Shown here: piece after piece, positions 35,927-47,949 of the stretch | Layout: each line of letters opens with the position of its first letter | Position numbering within the stretch: the stretch's first letter is position 1 | NCBI GenBank assembly: GCA_030390025.1 | Contig: JASTWF010000035.1 | Span: 3,720,001 to 3,784,000 of the forward strand | Direction: 5' to 3' | DNA: 64,000 bases | Source of the DNA: Squalus acanthias | Taxonomy: Eukaryota | The notes under the pieces: generated by a model | What the model saw: the letters and a program-made list of their open reading frames with translations, nothing else | Told to the model about the DNA's origin: nothing | Databases searched by the model: none | Made by a program: the position numbers and the translations under genes

Positions 35927-37685
35927 ACCTAAAAATGAGGTGCCAACCTGGGGAAGCTGCAACACAGGACTACATGCATGCTAAAAAGCAGAAGCAGCAT
36001 GCTATAGACAGGGTTAAGCGATCCCACAATCAACGGATCAGATCAAAGTTCGGCAGTCCTGCCACATCCAGTCGTGAATGGTGGTGGACCATTAAACAAC
36101 TAACGGGAGGAGCAGGCTCCAAGAATATCCCCATCCTCAATGATGGTGGAGCCCAGCACATGAGTGCAAAAGACAAGGCTGAAGCGTTTGCAACCAACTT
36201 CAGCCAGAAGTGCCGAGTGGATGATCCATATCGGCCTACTCCCAAGGTCCCCACCATCACTGAAGCCATTCTTCAGCCAATTCGATTCACTCCAGGTGAT
36301 ATCAAGAAACTGCTGAGCGCACTGGATACAGCAAAGTCTATGGGCCCCGACAACATCCTGGCTATCGTGCTGAAGACTTGTGCTCCAGAACTAGCCGCGC
36401 CTCTAGCCAAGCTGTTCCAGTACAGCTGCAAGACTGGCATCTATCCGACAATGTGGAAAACTGCCCAGGTATGTCCTGTCCACAAAAAGCAGGACAAATC
36501 CAACCCGGCCAATTACCACCCCATCAGTCTACTCTCAATCATCAGCAAAGTGATGGAAGGTGTCATCGACAGTGCTATCAAGCGGCACTTACTCATCAAT
36601 GACCTACTCACTGATGCCCAGTTTGGGTTCTGCCAAGACCACTCTGCTCCTGACCTCATTACAGCCTTGGTCCAAACATGGACAAAGGAGCTGAACTCCT
36701 GAGGTGAGGTGAGAGTGACTGCCCTTGACATCAAGGCAGCATTTGACCAAGTGTGGCATCAAGGAGCCCTAGTAAAACTGAAGTCAATGAGAATCGGGGG
36801 GGAAAACTCTCCACTGGCTGGGGTCATACCTAGCAGAAAGGAAGATGGTTGTGGTGGTTGAAGGTCAATCATCACAGCCCCAGGACATCACTGCAGGAGT
36901 TCCTCAGGGCAGTGTCCTAGGCCCAACCATCTTCAGCTGCTTCATCAATGACCTTCCCTCCAACATAAGGTCAGAAATGGGGATGTTCGCTGATGACTGC
37001 ACAGTGTTCAGCGCCATTCACAACTCCTCAGATAATGAAGCAGTCCATGCCCGCATGAAACAAGACCTGGACGACGTTCAGGCTTGGGCTGATAAGTGGC
37101 AGGTAACATTCGCGCCACAGAAGTGTCAGGCAATGACTATCTCCAACAAGCAAGAATCTAACCACCTCCCCTTGACATTCAACGGCATTACCATCGCCGA
37201 ATCCCCCAACATCAACATCCTGGGGTCACTGTTGACCAGAAACTTAACTGGACCAGCCACATAAATACTGTTGCAACAAGAGCAGGTCAGAGGCTAGGTA
37301 TTCTGCGGCGAGTGTCTCACCTCCTGACTCCCCAAAGCCTTTCCACCATCTACAAGGCACAAGTAAGGAGTGTGATGGAATACTCTCCACTTACCTGGAT
37401 GAGTGCAGCTCCAACAACACTCAAGAAGCTCGACACCATCCAAGACAAAGCAGTCCGTTTGATTTGCACCCCATCCACCACCTTAAACATTCACTCCCTC
37501 CACCACCGGCGTACCATGGCTGCAGTGTGTACCATCTACAAGATGCAATGCAGCAACTCGCCAAGGCTTCTTCAGCAACACCTCCCAAACCCGCTACCTC
37601 TTCCACCTAGAAGGACAAGGGAAGCAGGTGCATGGGAACACAACCACCTCCAAGTTCCCCTCCAAGTCACACACTATCTTGACTT

Positions 37686-38352
37686 ACATAAGAACATAAG
37701 AAGTAAGAGCAGAAGTAGGCCATACAGCCCCTTGAGCCTGCTCCGCCATTCAGTAACATCATGGCTGATCGTGAACCTCAACCCCACTTTCCCGCCCGAT
37801 CTCCATCTCACTTGATTCCCCTAGAGTCCAAAAATCTATCTATCTCAGCCTTGAATATACTCAAAGACTCAGCATTCACAGCCCTCTGGGGCAGAGAATT
37901 CCAAAGATTCACAACCCTCTGAAGAAATTCTTCCTCATCTCAGTCTTAAATGGCCTACCCCTTAACCTGTGATATGCCCCCTGGTTCTAGACACTCCAGC
38001 CAGGGGAAACAACCTCTCAGCATCTACCCTGTCAATCCCCTTCAGAATCTTGTATGTTTCAATGAGATCACCTCTCATTCTTCTAAACTCCAGAGTATAG
38101 GCCCATCCTACACAATCTCTCATCATAGGACAGCCCTCTCATCCCAGGAATCAATCTAGTGAACCTTCGTTGCACCGCCTCCAAGGCAAGTATATCCTTC
38201 CTTAGATAAGGAGACCAAAACTGTACACAGTACTCCAGGTGTGGTCTCACCAAGGCCCTGTACAATTGTAGCAAAACTTCCTTACTCTTATACTCCAACT
38301 CCCTTGCAATAAAGGCCAACATGCCATTTGCCTTCCTTATTGCTTGCTGACT
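37686..38352 (-). mobile_element. CR1 3' fragment inserted near the 3' end of the family-B LINE
   Basis: Tail acataagaacataagaa; ORF 38083-38322. Confidence 0.85.
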
Positions 38353-38547
38353 TAGAAGTATATCGCCGATCCTTCATCGTCACTGGGTCAAAATCCTGGA
38401 ATTCCCTACCTAACAGCACTGTGGGAGTACTTTCACCACACAGACTGCAGCGGTTCAAGAAGGCGGCTCACCACCACCTTCTCAAGGGCAATAAATGCTG
38501 GCCTTGCCAGCGACACCCACATCCCATAAACGAATAAAAAAAAAAAT

Positions 38548-41200
38548 TCTTTCAGTTCCTCATTCTCGCTAGAGCCTTGGTTCTCCACTATTTCCAGGAA
38601 GTTTTTTGTGTCTTCCATGAAGACAGACACAAAGTATTTGTTTAAATTCTCTGCCATTTCCTTATTCCCCATTATCACTTCTCCTGTCTTAGCCTGTAGG
38701 GGACCCACATTTACTGTTGCTAATCTTTTCCTTTTTACATACCTATAGAAGCTTTTACAGTCTGTTTTTATGTCTCTCGCTTGTTTACTCTCATATTCTA
38801 TTTTCCCTTTCTTCCTCAATTTGTTGGTCCTCCTTTGCTGAATTCTAAAATCCTCCCAATCCTCAGGCTTACTACTCTTTTTGGCAAAATTACAAGCCTC
38901 TTCCTTTGATCTAATACTATCTTTAACTTCTCTTGTTAGCCACGGTTGGACCACTTTTCCTGTGGGGTTTTTGTGCCTTAAAGGAATGTATATTTGTTGT
39001 AGCTTATATATTAATTCTTTAAATGCTAGCCATTGCTTGTCTACCGTCATACCTTTTAATGTAGTTTTCCAATCTACCTTCGCCAACTTGCCCATCATAC
39101 CTATGTAGTTTGCTTTGTTTCGATTTAAGACCCTAGTTTTGGATTTAACTAAATCACTTTCAAACTCAATATAAAATTCTATCATATTATGGTCACTCTT
39201 CCCTGAAGGCCCCTTTACTACAAGGTTATTAATTAACCCTTTCTCATTGCACAATACTAGATCTAAAATAGCCTGTTCCCTAGTTGGTTCCTCAACATAC
39301 TGATCTAGAAAACTATCTTGCATACATTCCATTAATTCGTCCTCCACACTATTACTGCAAATTTGGTTTGCCCAGTCTATATGTAGATTAAAGTCCCCCA
39401 TAATCACTGTATTACCCTTGTTACATGTGCCTCTAATTTCCTGATTTATACTCTGCCCTATATTACAACTACTGTTTGGGGGCCTATAAACAACTCCCAC
39501 CACTGTTTTCTGCCCCTTGCTGTTTCTTAGCTCCACCCAAACTGATTCTACTTCTTGATTTTCAGAGCTAAGATCCTTTCTCTCTACTGTCTTTATCCCA
39601 TCCTTTATTATCAGGGCTACCCCTCCTCCTTTTCCATTTTGCCTATCTTTTCTAAAATTTAAGTATCCTGGAATATTTAGTTCCCAACCGTGGCCACTTT
39701 GCAACCACATCTCCATTATGGCTATTAGATCAAACCTGTTAATTTCTATCTGCGCTATTAATTCATCTATTTTGTCGCGAATGCTTCGCGCATTCAGATA
39801 TCGTGCTTTTAGCTTTGACTTATTTCTATTTTTCCCTGATGTCACCTTAGTCATTGACACCTTATTCCCTTTGTTACTCTCTCTGTCCCTTTCTGACCCA
39901 CTCTGCTTATTTTTACCCAAAACTGTACTCTGCTCTAGAGCCTTGATATTTCTCTCGCTGTTTTTAAATTTACTCTTTCCTGAATCCTCCCAACCCCCCT
40001 TCATTAGTTCAAAGCCCTGTCTACTGCCCTAGGTTTGCCAGGACACTGGTCCCAGCCCAGTTTAAGTGGAGCCCATCCCAACATAATAGCTCCTTCTTTC
40101 CCCAGTACTGGTGCCAGACCCCATGAACTGAAACCCCTTCCTCCCACACCACTCTTTGAGCCACGTATTTAAACCTCTAATCTGTTTGTCCCTATGCCAA
40201 TTTGCGCATGGCTCAGGTAACAATCCAGAGATTATTACCTTTGAGGTTCTGCTTTTTAATTTGGATCCTAGCTCCTCAAACTCCCTCAGCAGAACCTCAT
40301 TCCTAGTTCTACCTATGTCGTTGGTTCCTACGTGGACCGCGACAACTGGATCCTCCCCCTCCCACTCCAAGTTCTTCTCCAGCCGCGAGGAGATGTCTTT
40401 AACCCTGCCACCGGGCAGGTAACACAACCTTCGGAACTCTCGGTCGCGGCTGCAGAGAACAGTATCTATCCCCCTGACTATACTGTCCCCTACCACAACT
40501 ACATTCCCTTTCACTCCCCCTACTTGAATGGCCTCCTGTGCCATGGTCAGCTTGCTCATCCATCCCTGCAGGCTTTTCCCTCATCCACACAGGCAGCAAG
40601 AACCTCATACCTGTTGGACAAGGGCAAAGGCTGAGGCTCCTCCAGCACTACAACTGGGGTCCCCTTGCCTGCCTGAGTTACAGTCACACCCTCCTGTCCC
40701 TGACTACTAACTAGACCTGTACCACTACCTAACCTAAGGGGTGTGACTGCCTCCTGGTTCAAAGTGTCCAGGTAACTCTCCCCATCCCTAATGCCCCGCA
40801 ATGTCTGCACCTCAGACTCCAACTCAACAACTCTGAGCTGATGTTCCTCAAGATGCAGGCACTTACTGCAAACGTGGTTGTTCGGGATCACAATGCTCTC
40901 CACAAACTCCCACATGCTGCAGATGCAGCACACCACCTGCACTGCCATCCCTATATGACCTTATTTAATTTAATTACATTTGTATTTAGGAAACTTAGTT
41001 TACAGTGTAGTTTCTTGACTACTTACTTGATTCAGCTTAAGTTAAGGGTACTGAAATTAAATATCTACCTGCAACACAAAGCACTACAGGTAGTGTAGGC
41101 AAAAAGCAACAACTCTTACCCCCTCTTCTCCAAATTCCTGTTCTTTCCAAATTCCCAAATGAAGCACTCTGTTCAAGTCTACTCCGTTTAATCCCACTCT
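38548..41200 (-). mobile_element. 5' half of CR1 LINE 'D' (5'UTR, broken ORF1 40004-40948, open ORF2 N-half to 38548)
   Basis: ORF 38433-40004 carries a complete APE domain; ORF1 CCICSMWE and GDSIVRGID. Confidence 0.85.
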
Positions 41201-42400
41201 GCTTGTCCTTTACATTATTACTGCAAATTTGGTTTATCCTGTCTATATGAAGATTAAAGTCTCCCAGGATTACTGTATTACCCTTGTTACATGCACCTCT
41301 AATTTCCTGATTTATTCTCTGCCCGACACTACAACTACTGTTAGGGAGCTATAAACTACTCCCACCAGTGTTTTCTGCCCCTTGATAGAGTCATAGAGTT
41401 ATACAGCACAGAAAGAGGCCCTTCGGCCCATCGTGTCCGTGCCGGCCATCAAGCCCTGTCTATTCAATCCCATTTTCCAGCACTTGGTCCGTAGCCTTGT
41501 ATGCTTTGGCGTTTCAAGTGCTCATCTAAATGCTTCTTGAATGTTGTGAGGGTTCCTGCCTCTACCACCCTTTCAGGCAGTGAGTTCCAGATTCCAACCA
41601 CCCTCTGGGTGAAAAAGTTTTTCCTCAAATCCCCTCTAAACCTCCTGCCCCTTACCTTGAAACTATGCCCCTTGGTTATTGACCCCTCTACTAAGGGGAA
41701 AAGTTCCTTTCTATCTACCCTATCTATGCCCCTCACAATTTTGTACACCTCAATCAGGTCCCCCCTCAGCCTTCTTTGCTCTAAGGAAAACAACCCCAGC
41801 CTGTCCAGTCTCTCCTCATAGCTGAAGCGCTCCAGCCCAGGTAACATCCTGGTGAATCTCCTCTGCACCCTCTCCAATGCAATCACATCCTTCCTATAGC
41901 GTGGCGACCAGAACTGCACACAGATGTTTCTTAGCTCCACCGAAACTGATTCTACATCTTGATTTTCCAAGCTAAGATTCTTTCTTTCTACTGTCTTTAT
42001 CCCATCCTTTATCAGGGCTACTCAACCCACCCCACCCCCATCCCACTTTTCCATTTTGCCTATCTCTTCTAAGTTAAGTATCCTGGAATAGTTAGTTCCC
42101 ACCCTTGGTCACTTTGCAACCACGTCTCCGTAATGGCTGTTGTATCAAACCCATTTATTTCTATCTGTGCTATTAATTCATCTATTTTGTTGCAAACGCT
42201 TTGCGCATTCAGATATAGTGCCTTTAACTTTAACTTTTTTTTATTTTTCCCTGATGTCACCTTAGTCTCTAATGTCCTATTATCTTTGTTAAGCTCTCTG
42301 TCCCTTCCTGACCCCCTCTGATTATTTTTACCCAATTCGGTAATTTGCTGTACAGCCTTGAGATTTCTCTTACTGCTTTTGATGTTACCTTTTCTGAAGC
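41200..42400 (-). mobile_element. Degraded CR1 APE fragment with a nested CR1-C-type 3' fragment (~41385-41923)
   Basis: ORFs 42069-42335 and 41464-41970 (chimeric); tail atagagtcatagag. Confidence 0.75.
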
Positions 42401-43446
42401 CGTTCGATAAAGTGCCACTTAATTAGCAAGGCTTTTGATAAGGTTCCACATGGCAGACTGGTCACGAAGTTAAAAGCCCATGGGATCCAGGGCAAAGTGT
42501 CAAGTTGGATTCAAAACTGGCTCGGAGACAGGAAGCAGAGAGTAATGGTTGATGGCTGTTTTTGTGACTGGAAGGCTGTTTCCAGTGGGGTTCCGCAGTG
42601 CTCAGTACTAGGTCCCTTGCTTTTTGTGGTATATATCAATGATCTTGACTTGAATATAGGGGGTATGATTAAGAAGTTTGCAGATGATACTAAAATCAGC
42701 TGTGTGGTTGATACTGAAGAAGGAAGCTGCAGACTGCAGGAAGATATCAATAAATTGGTCAGGTGGGCAGAACAGTGGCAAATGGAATTCAATCCGGAGA
42801 AGTGTGAGATAATGTATTTGGGGAGGGCTAACAAGGAAAGGGAATACACATTAAATGGTAGGACACTGAGTAGTGTAGAGGAACAAAGGGACCTTGGAGT
42901 GCATGTCCACAGATCCCTGAAGGTAGCAGGCCAGGTAGATAAGGTGGTTGAGAAGGCATAGGGAACGCTTGCCTTTATTAGCCGTGGCATAGAATACAAG
43001 AGCAGGTGGGTTATGCTTCAACTGTATAAACCACTAGTTAGGCCTCAGCTAGAGTACTGCGTGCAGTTCTGGTCACCACATTACAGGAAAGATGTGAATG
43101 CACTAGAGAGGGTACAGAGGAGATTTACAAGGATGTTGCCGGGAGTAGAGAATCTTAGCTATTAGGAAAGACTGGATAGGCTGGATTTATTTTCCTTGGA
43201 ACAGAGGAGGCTGAGGGGAGACCTTATTGAGGTGTATAAAATTATGAGGGGCATAGATAAAGTGGATAGAAAGGACCTATTTCCCATAGCAGAGGGGTCA
43301 AAAACCAAGGGGTACAGGTTTAAAGTAATTGGTGGAAGGTTTAGAAGTGATCTGAGGGGAAATTTCTTCACCCAGAGGGTGGTGGGGGTCTGGAACTCAC
43401 TGCCTGAAAGGGTGGTAGAGGCAGGAACCCTCACCACATTTAAAAA

Positions 43447-45060
43447 TGATGTGGAGATGCCGGTGTTGGACTGGGTGGACAAATATGAGAAGTCGCAGAA
43501 CACCAGGTTATAGTCCGACAGCTTTATTTGAAATCACAAGCTTTCGGAGCGCTGCTCCTGCGTCAGGTGAAGTGAAGAGATGCATATAGGCACAGCATAT
43601 ATAGTCAGAGAACACTGCCAGATGATTACAGTTAATCTTTCTAACTGCCCTTTATCACACCTCGGCAGAGAGATAATCACAGCAATCAAAGGTGTGGATG
43701 GTGTCCAAACAGGTCAGTCAGGAAAACATTACATCAAAGACAATGAGGTGGGGTCACAAGGGGTCAAATGTGGCAGATGCTGGGGTCTGTATGGAAAACA
43801 AAAAACTTTTTTTGCTGGAAATCACAGCAGGTCCGGCCGCATCTGTGCAGAGAGAACAAGCCAACGACGACTCGAGTCTGGATGACTCTACGTCAGGTGG
43901 GGTTACATGTAGCGTGACATGAACCCAAGATCCCGGTTGAGGCCGTCCTCATGGGTGCGGAACTTGGCTATCAGTTTCTGCTCGACGATTTTGCGTTGTC
44001 GTGTGTCTCGAAGGCCGCCTTGGAGAACGCTTACCCGAAGATCGGAGGCTGAATGTCCTTGACTGCTGAAGTGTTCCCCGACTGGCAGGGAACATTCCTG
44101 CCTGGCGATTGTTTTGCGGTGTCCGTTCATACATTGTCGCAGTGTCTGCATGGTCTCGCCAATGTACCATGCTCCGGGGCATCCTTTCCTGCAACGTATG
44201 AGGTAGACAACGTTGGCCGAGTCACATGAGTATGTACCATGTACCTGGTGGGTGGTGTCCTCACGTGTGATGATGGTATCTGTGTTGATGATCTGGCATG
44301 TCTTGCAGAGGTTGCCGTGGCAGGGTTGCGTGGTGTCGTGGTCGCTGTTCTCCTGAAAGCTGGGTAATTTGCTGCAAACGATGGTCTGTTTGAGGTTAGG
44401 CGGATGTTTGAAGGCGAGTAGTGGAGGCGTGGGGATGGCCTTAGCGAGGTGTTCGTCGTCATCGATGACATGTTGAAGGCTCTAACCCTAACCCAATCTT
44501 CGGGTAAGCATTCTCCAAGGCGGCCTTCGAGACACACGACAACGCAAAATCGTCGAGCAGAAACTGATAGCCAAGTTCTACACCCATGAGGACGGCCTCA
44601 ACCGGGATCTTGGGTTCATGTCACGCTACATGTAACCCCACCTGATGTAGAGTCATCCAGACTCGAGTCGTCGTTGGCTTGTTCTCTCAACACAGATGCG
44701 GCCGGACCTGCTGTGATTTCCAGCAAAAAAAAGTTTTTTGTTTTCCATCCAGACCCCAGCATCTGCCACATTTGACCCCTTGTGACCCCACTTCATTGTC
44801 TTTGATGTAATGTTTTCCTGACTGACCTGTTTGGACACCATCCACACCTTTGATTGCCGTGATTATCTCTCTGCCGAGGTGTGATAAAGGGCAGTTAGAA
44901 AGATTAACTGTAATCATCTGGCAGTGTTCTCTGACTATATATGCTGTGCCTATATGCATCTCTTCACTTCACCTGACGAAGGAGCAGCGCTCCGAAAGCT
45001 TGTGATTTCAAATAAAGCTGTTGGACTATAACCTGGTGTTGTGCGACTTCTCACATTTGT
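43447..45060. mobile_element. Second palindromic Penelope-like element (~560-bp inverted arms)
   Basis: GIY-YIG remnant 43903-44480 (-); inverted copy ~44498-45064; 13-bp TSD ccacatttaaaaa (43434-43446, 45061-45073). Confidence 0.9.
44968..45005 (+). ncRNA. Minimal type I hammerhead ribozyme, canonical core
   Basis: tcac-CTGACGA-a-ggagc agc gctcc-GAAA-gc-tt-gtga; mirror copy 43534-43570 has CTGACGC. Confidence 0.8.
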
Positions 45061-46311
45061 CCACATTTAAAAAGTACTTGGATGTGCACTTGGGATGCTC
45101 TAACCTGCAGGGCTACGGACCAAGAGCTGGGAAGTGGGATTAGGCTGGATAAATCTTTGTTGGCCGGCGCGGACACGATGGGCCGAAATGGCCTCCTTCC
45201 GTGCTGTAACTTTCTATGATTCTATAGGCTTGCCAGCAAAGTTGAAGCCCATGGAATAAAAGGGACAGTGGCAGCATGGATACGAAATTAGCTAAGTGAC
45301 AGGAAATAGAGAGTAGTGGTGAACAGTTATTTTTCGGACTGGAGGAATGTAAACAGTGGTGTTCCCCAGGGGTCGGTTCTAGGACCACTGCTTTTCTTGA
45401 TATATATTAATGACTTGGTCGTGGGTGCAATTTCAAAATTTGAAGATGACACAAAACTTGGAAGTGTAGTGAACAGTGAGGAGGAGAGTGATAGACTTCA
45501 GGAAGACATAGACAGGCTGGTGAAATGGGCGGACACGTGGCAAATGAAATTTAACACAGAAAAGTGTGAAGTGATACATTTTGGTAGAAAAAATAGGGAA
45601 AGGACATATCAACTAAATGGTACAATCCTAAAGGGGGTGCACGAACGGAGAGACCTGGGGGTATGTGTACACAAATTGGCAGGGCAGGTTGAGAAAGCAG
45701 TTAAAAAGGCTTCTGGGCTTCATAAATAGAGGTATAGAGTACAGAAGTGTGGAAATTATGATGAACCTTTATAAAACACTGGTTCGGCCCCAACAGGAGT
45801 ACTGTGTCCAATTCTGGGCACCACACTTTAGGAAAGATGTGAAGGCCTCAGAGACGGTGCAGAAAAGATTTTTGAGAATGATTCCAGTAATGAGGGGCTT
45901 CAGTTACGTTGATAGACTGGAGAAGCTGGGGTTGTTCTCCTTGGAGCAGAGAAGATTGAAAGGAGTTTTGATAGAGGTGTTCAAAATCATGAGGGGGAGA
46001 ACCAGAGGACACAGATTTAAGGTGATTGGCAAAAGAACCAAAGGCGAAGTAAGAAAAAACTTTTTTACGCAGCAAGTGGTTAAGATCTGGAATGCACTGC
46101 CTGAAGGGTGGTGGAGGCAGACTCAATCTTATCTTTCAAAAGGGAGTTGGATAAGTATCTGAAGGAAAAAAATTTGCTGGGCTACAGGGAAAGGGCAGGG
46201 AAGTGGGACTATTTGAGAGTCGGCACAGACTCGACGGGCTGAATGGCCTTCTTTTGTGCTGTAACCATTCTATGATTCTAATCCTCCCACCTCACCTTCA
46301 TTAGTTTAAAT

Positions 46312-46740
46312 AGTACCAGGGACGAGGGACTTCAGTTATGTTGAGAGACGAGAGAAACTGGGATTGTTCTCCTTAGAGCAGAGATGAATAAGATGTGATT
46401 AGATAGAGGCATTCAAGATCATGAAGGTTTTTGATGGAGTAAATAAGAAGGAACTGTTTCCAGTGGCAGAAGGGCTGATAACCTGAGGACTCAGATTTAA
46501 GATAATTGGCAAAAGAACCAGAGGCGACATCAGGAGGACATTTTTTACACTGAGTTGTTATCTGGAATTCACTGCCTGAAAGAATGGAGGAATCAGATTC
46601 AATAATAACTTTCAAAAATTTACAGGGCTATGGGGAAAGAGCAGGCGAGTGTAACTAATTGGATTGCTCTTTCAAAGAGCCAGCACAGACACGATGGGCC
46701 GAATGGCCTCGTTCTGTGCTGTATCATTCTATGATTCTAT
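46312..46740 (+). mobile_element. Degraded CR1 3' fragment
   Basis: Homologous to 14320-14776; tail attctatgattctatga. Confidence 0.75.
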
Positions 46741-47244
46741 GACTGCTGTAGAACTGGACAGAATAGCCATAACTTGCACAGCACTTGCTCCACCTAGTTT
46801 TTCATACATTTTGCAGATGGGTCCTGAAATAGGTACAGGACTCTTCTTTGCAAATTGACATTGATCCAATGCTGATTTCAGGAAGCCTAAAAACAGTGAG
46901 GACCCCGATGGTAGTGCCAATCCGCCAGAGCAGGTTAGGGGCAGGACCTCACGCCCAGAAATTAGTTTGCAATGCGCCTTTTTTATGCCCAAAACATCCG
47001 AAACGCATTCCAATGACGACAGATGTCAGAAACAAGATTCAGTTAATAACCAGGAAGATTATGGAGAGTACAGGAGGGAATTGAAAAAGTTAATACGGGA
47101 GGCAAAGTGAGGTTACGAGAAAAGATTAGCAGGCAGCATTAAATTGAACCCTAAAACTTTTTATAAACATAAAGTGTAAGCGGTTTGTTACAGAAAAGGG
47201 TGGGACTATTGAGGACCCAAAGGGAAATCTTCATGTAGAGGCAG

Positions 47245-47373
47245 ACTTCACCTGACGAAGGAGCAGCGCTCCGAAAGCTTGTGATTTCAAATAAAGCTGT
47301 TGGACTATAACTTGGTGTTGTGTGACTTCTCACATTTGTCCACCCCAGTCCAACACTGGCATCTCCACATCAT
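47245..47373 (+). mobile_element. Penelope 3' terminus reduced to hammerhead (47247-47284) + tail, inside a degraded CR1 (~47040-47600)
   Basis: Near-identical to 44967-45064 plus tail ccagtccaacactggcatctccacatcat. Confidence 0.85.
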
Positions 47374-47600
47374 GTTCACAAAGAAGGTTACACTAAAAGA
47401 GGAGAGGGACGTTATGGACAGGATAATAATAGATAGAGAAGACGTACAAAAAAGATTAGTATTACACAAAGTTGGTAAGTCACCTGGTCCAGATGGAATG
47501 TGTCCTAAGTTGCCGAAAGAAACAAAGGTAGAAATAGCAGAGACATTGGTCACAATCTTTCTATCCTCACTGGATACAGGAGTAGTGCCAGAGGACTGGA

Positions 47601-47823
47601 TTTTTTTTAAATTCGTTCATGGGATGTGAGCGTCACTGGCAAAGCCGGCATTTATTGCCCATCCTTAATTGCCCTTAAGAAGGTGGTGGTAGTGAGCCAC
47701 CTCATTGAACCGCATTGGGCAGTTAAGAATCAACCATATTACTGAGAGTCTGGTGTCACCTATAGGCCAGACCAGGTAAGGACAGCAGTTTCCTTCCCTA
47801 AACCAGATGAGTTTTTACGACAA
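47601..47823 (-). mobile_element. 5'-truncated bipartite SINE-like element: family-B 5' domain fused to family-B 3' tail
   Basis: 47601-47713 matches the reverse complement of ~38450-38547; 47716-47823 matches the reverse complement of ~28775-28892. Confidence 0.75.
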
Positions 47824-47949
47824 AACATTGTATGCCTTTTCTTTCAATTTGATACCTTTCTTAACTTCCTTAGTTAGCCACGGATGGTTCAACCTTCTCG
47901 TAGAGTCTTTCTTTCTCACTGGAATATAATATATCTTTGTTGAGATGGT

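Larger units (their letters stand above)
28597..38547 (+). mobile_element. Reconstructed near full-length family-B LINE: tRNA-like head + SINE-like domain + APE-RT + poly(A); pieces 28597-29177, 30011-30388, 35057-35076, 35927-37685, 38353-38547
   Basis: APE start CKVLLTNIWGL...PDIVILTESYL at 29022; EPTRGKNQLDLVL...GSSDH; RT ORFs within 35927-37685; tail cccataaacgaataaaaaaaaaaa. Part of the APE is missing between 29177 and 30011. Confidence 0.8.
42425..45225 (+). mobile_element. 5'-truncated CR1 (42425-43446 + 45061-45225), itself within an older CR1 (42400-42424 + 45226-46280)
   Basis: ORFs 42497-42961 and 43196-43446; older copy ORFs 45316-45729 and 45665-46162. Confidence 0.8.

Noticed and set aside
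46800..46840. Possible micro-exon (ttttgcag|atgggtcctgaaatag|gtacag)
   Set aside because: Weak donor, 16 nt, and no similarity to the expected next FBXO41 exon.
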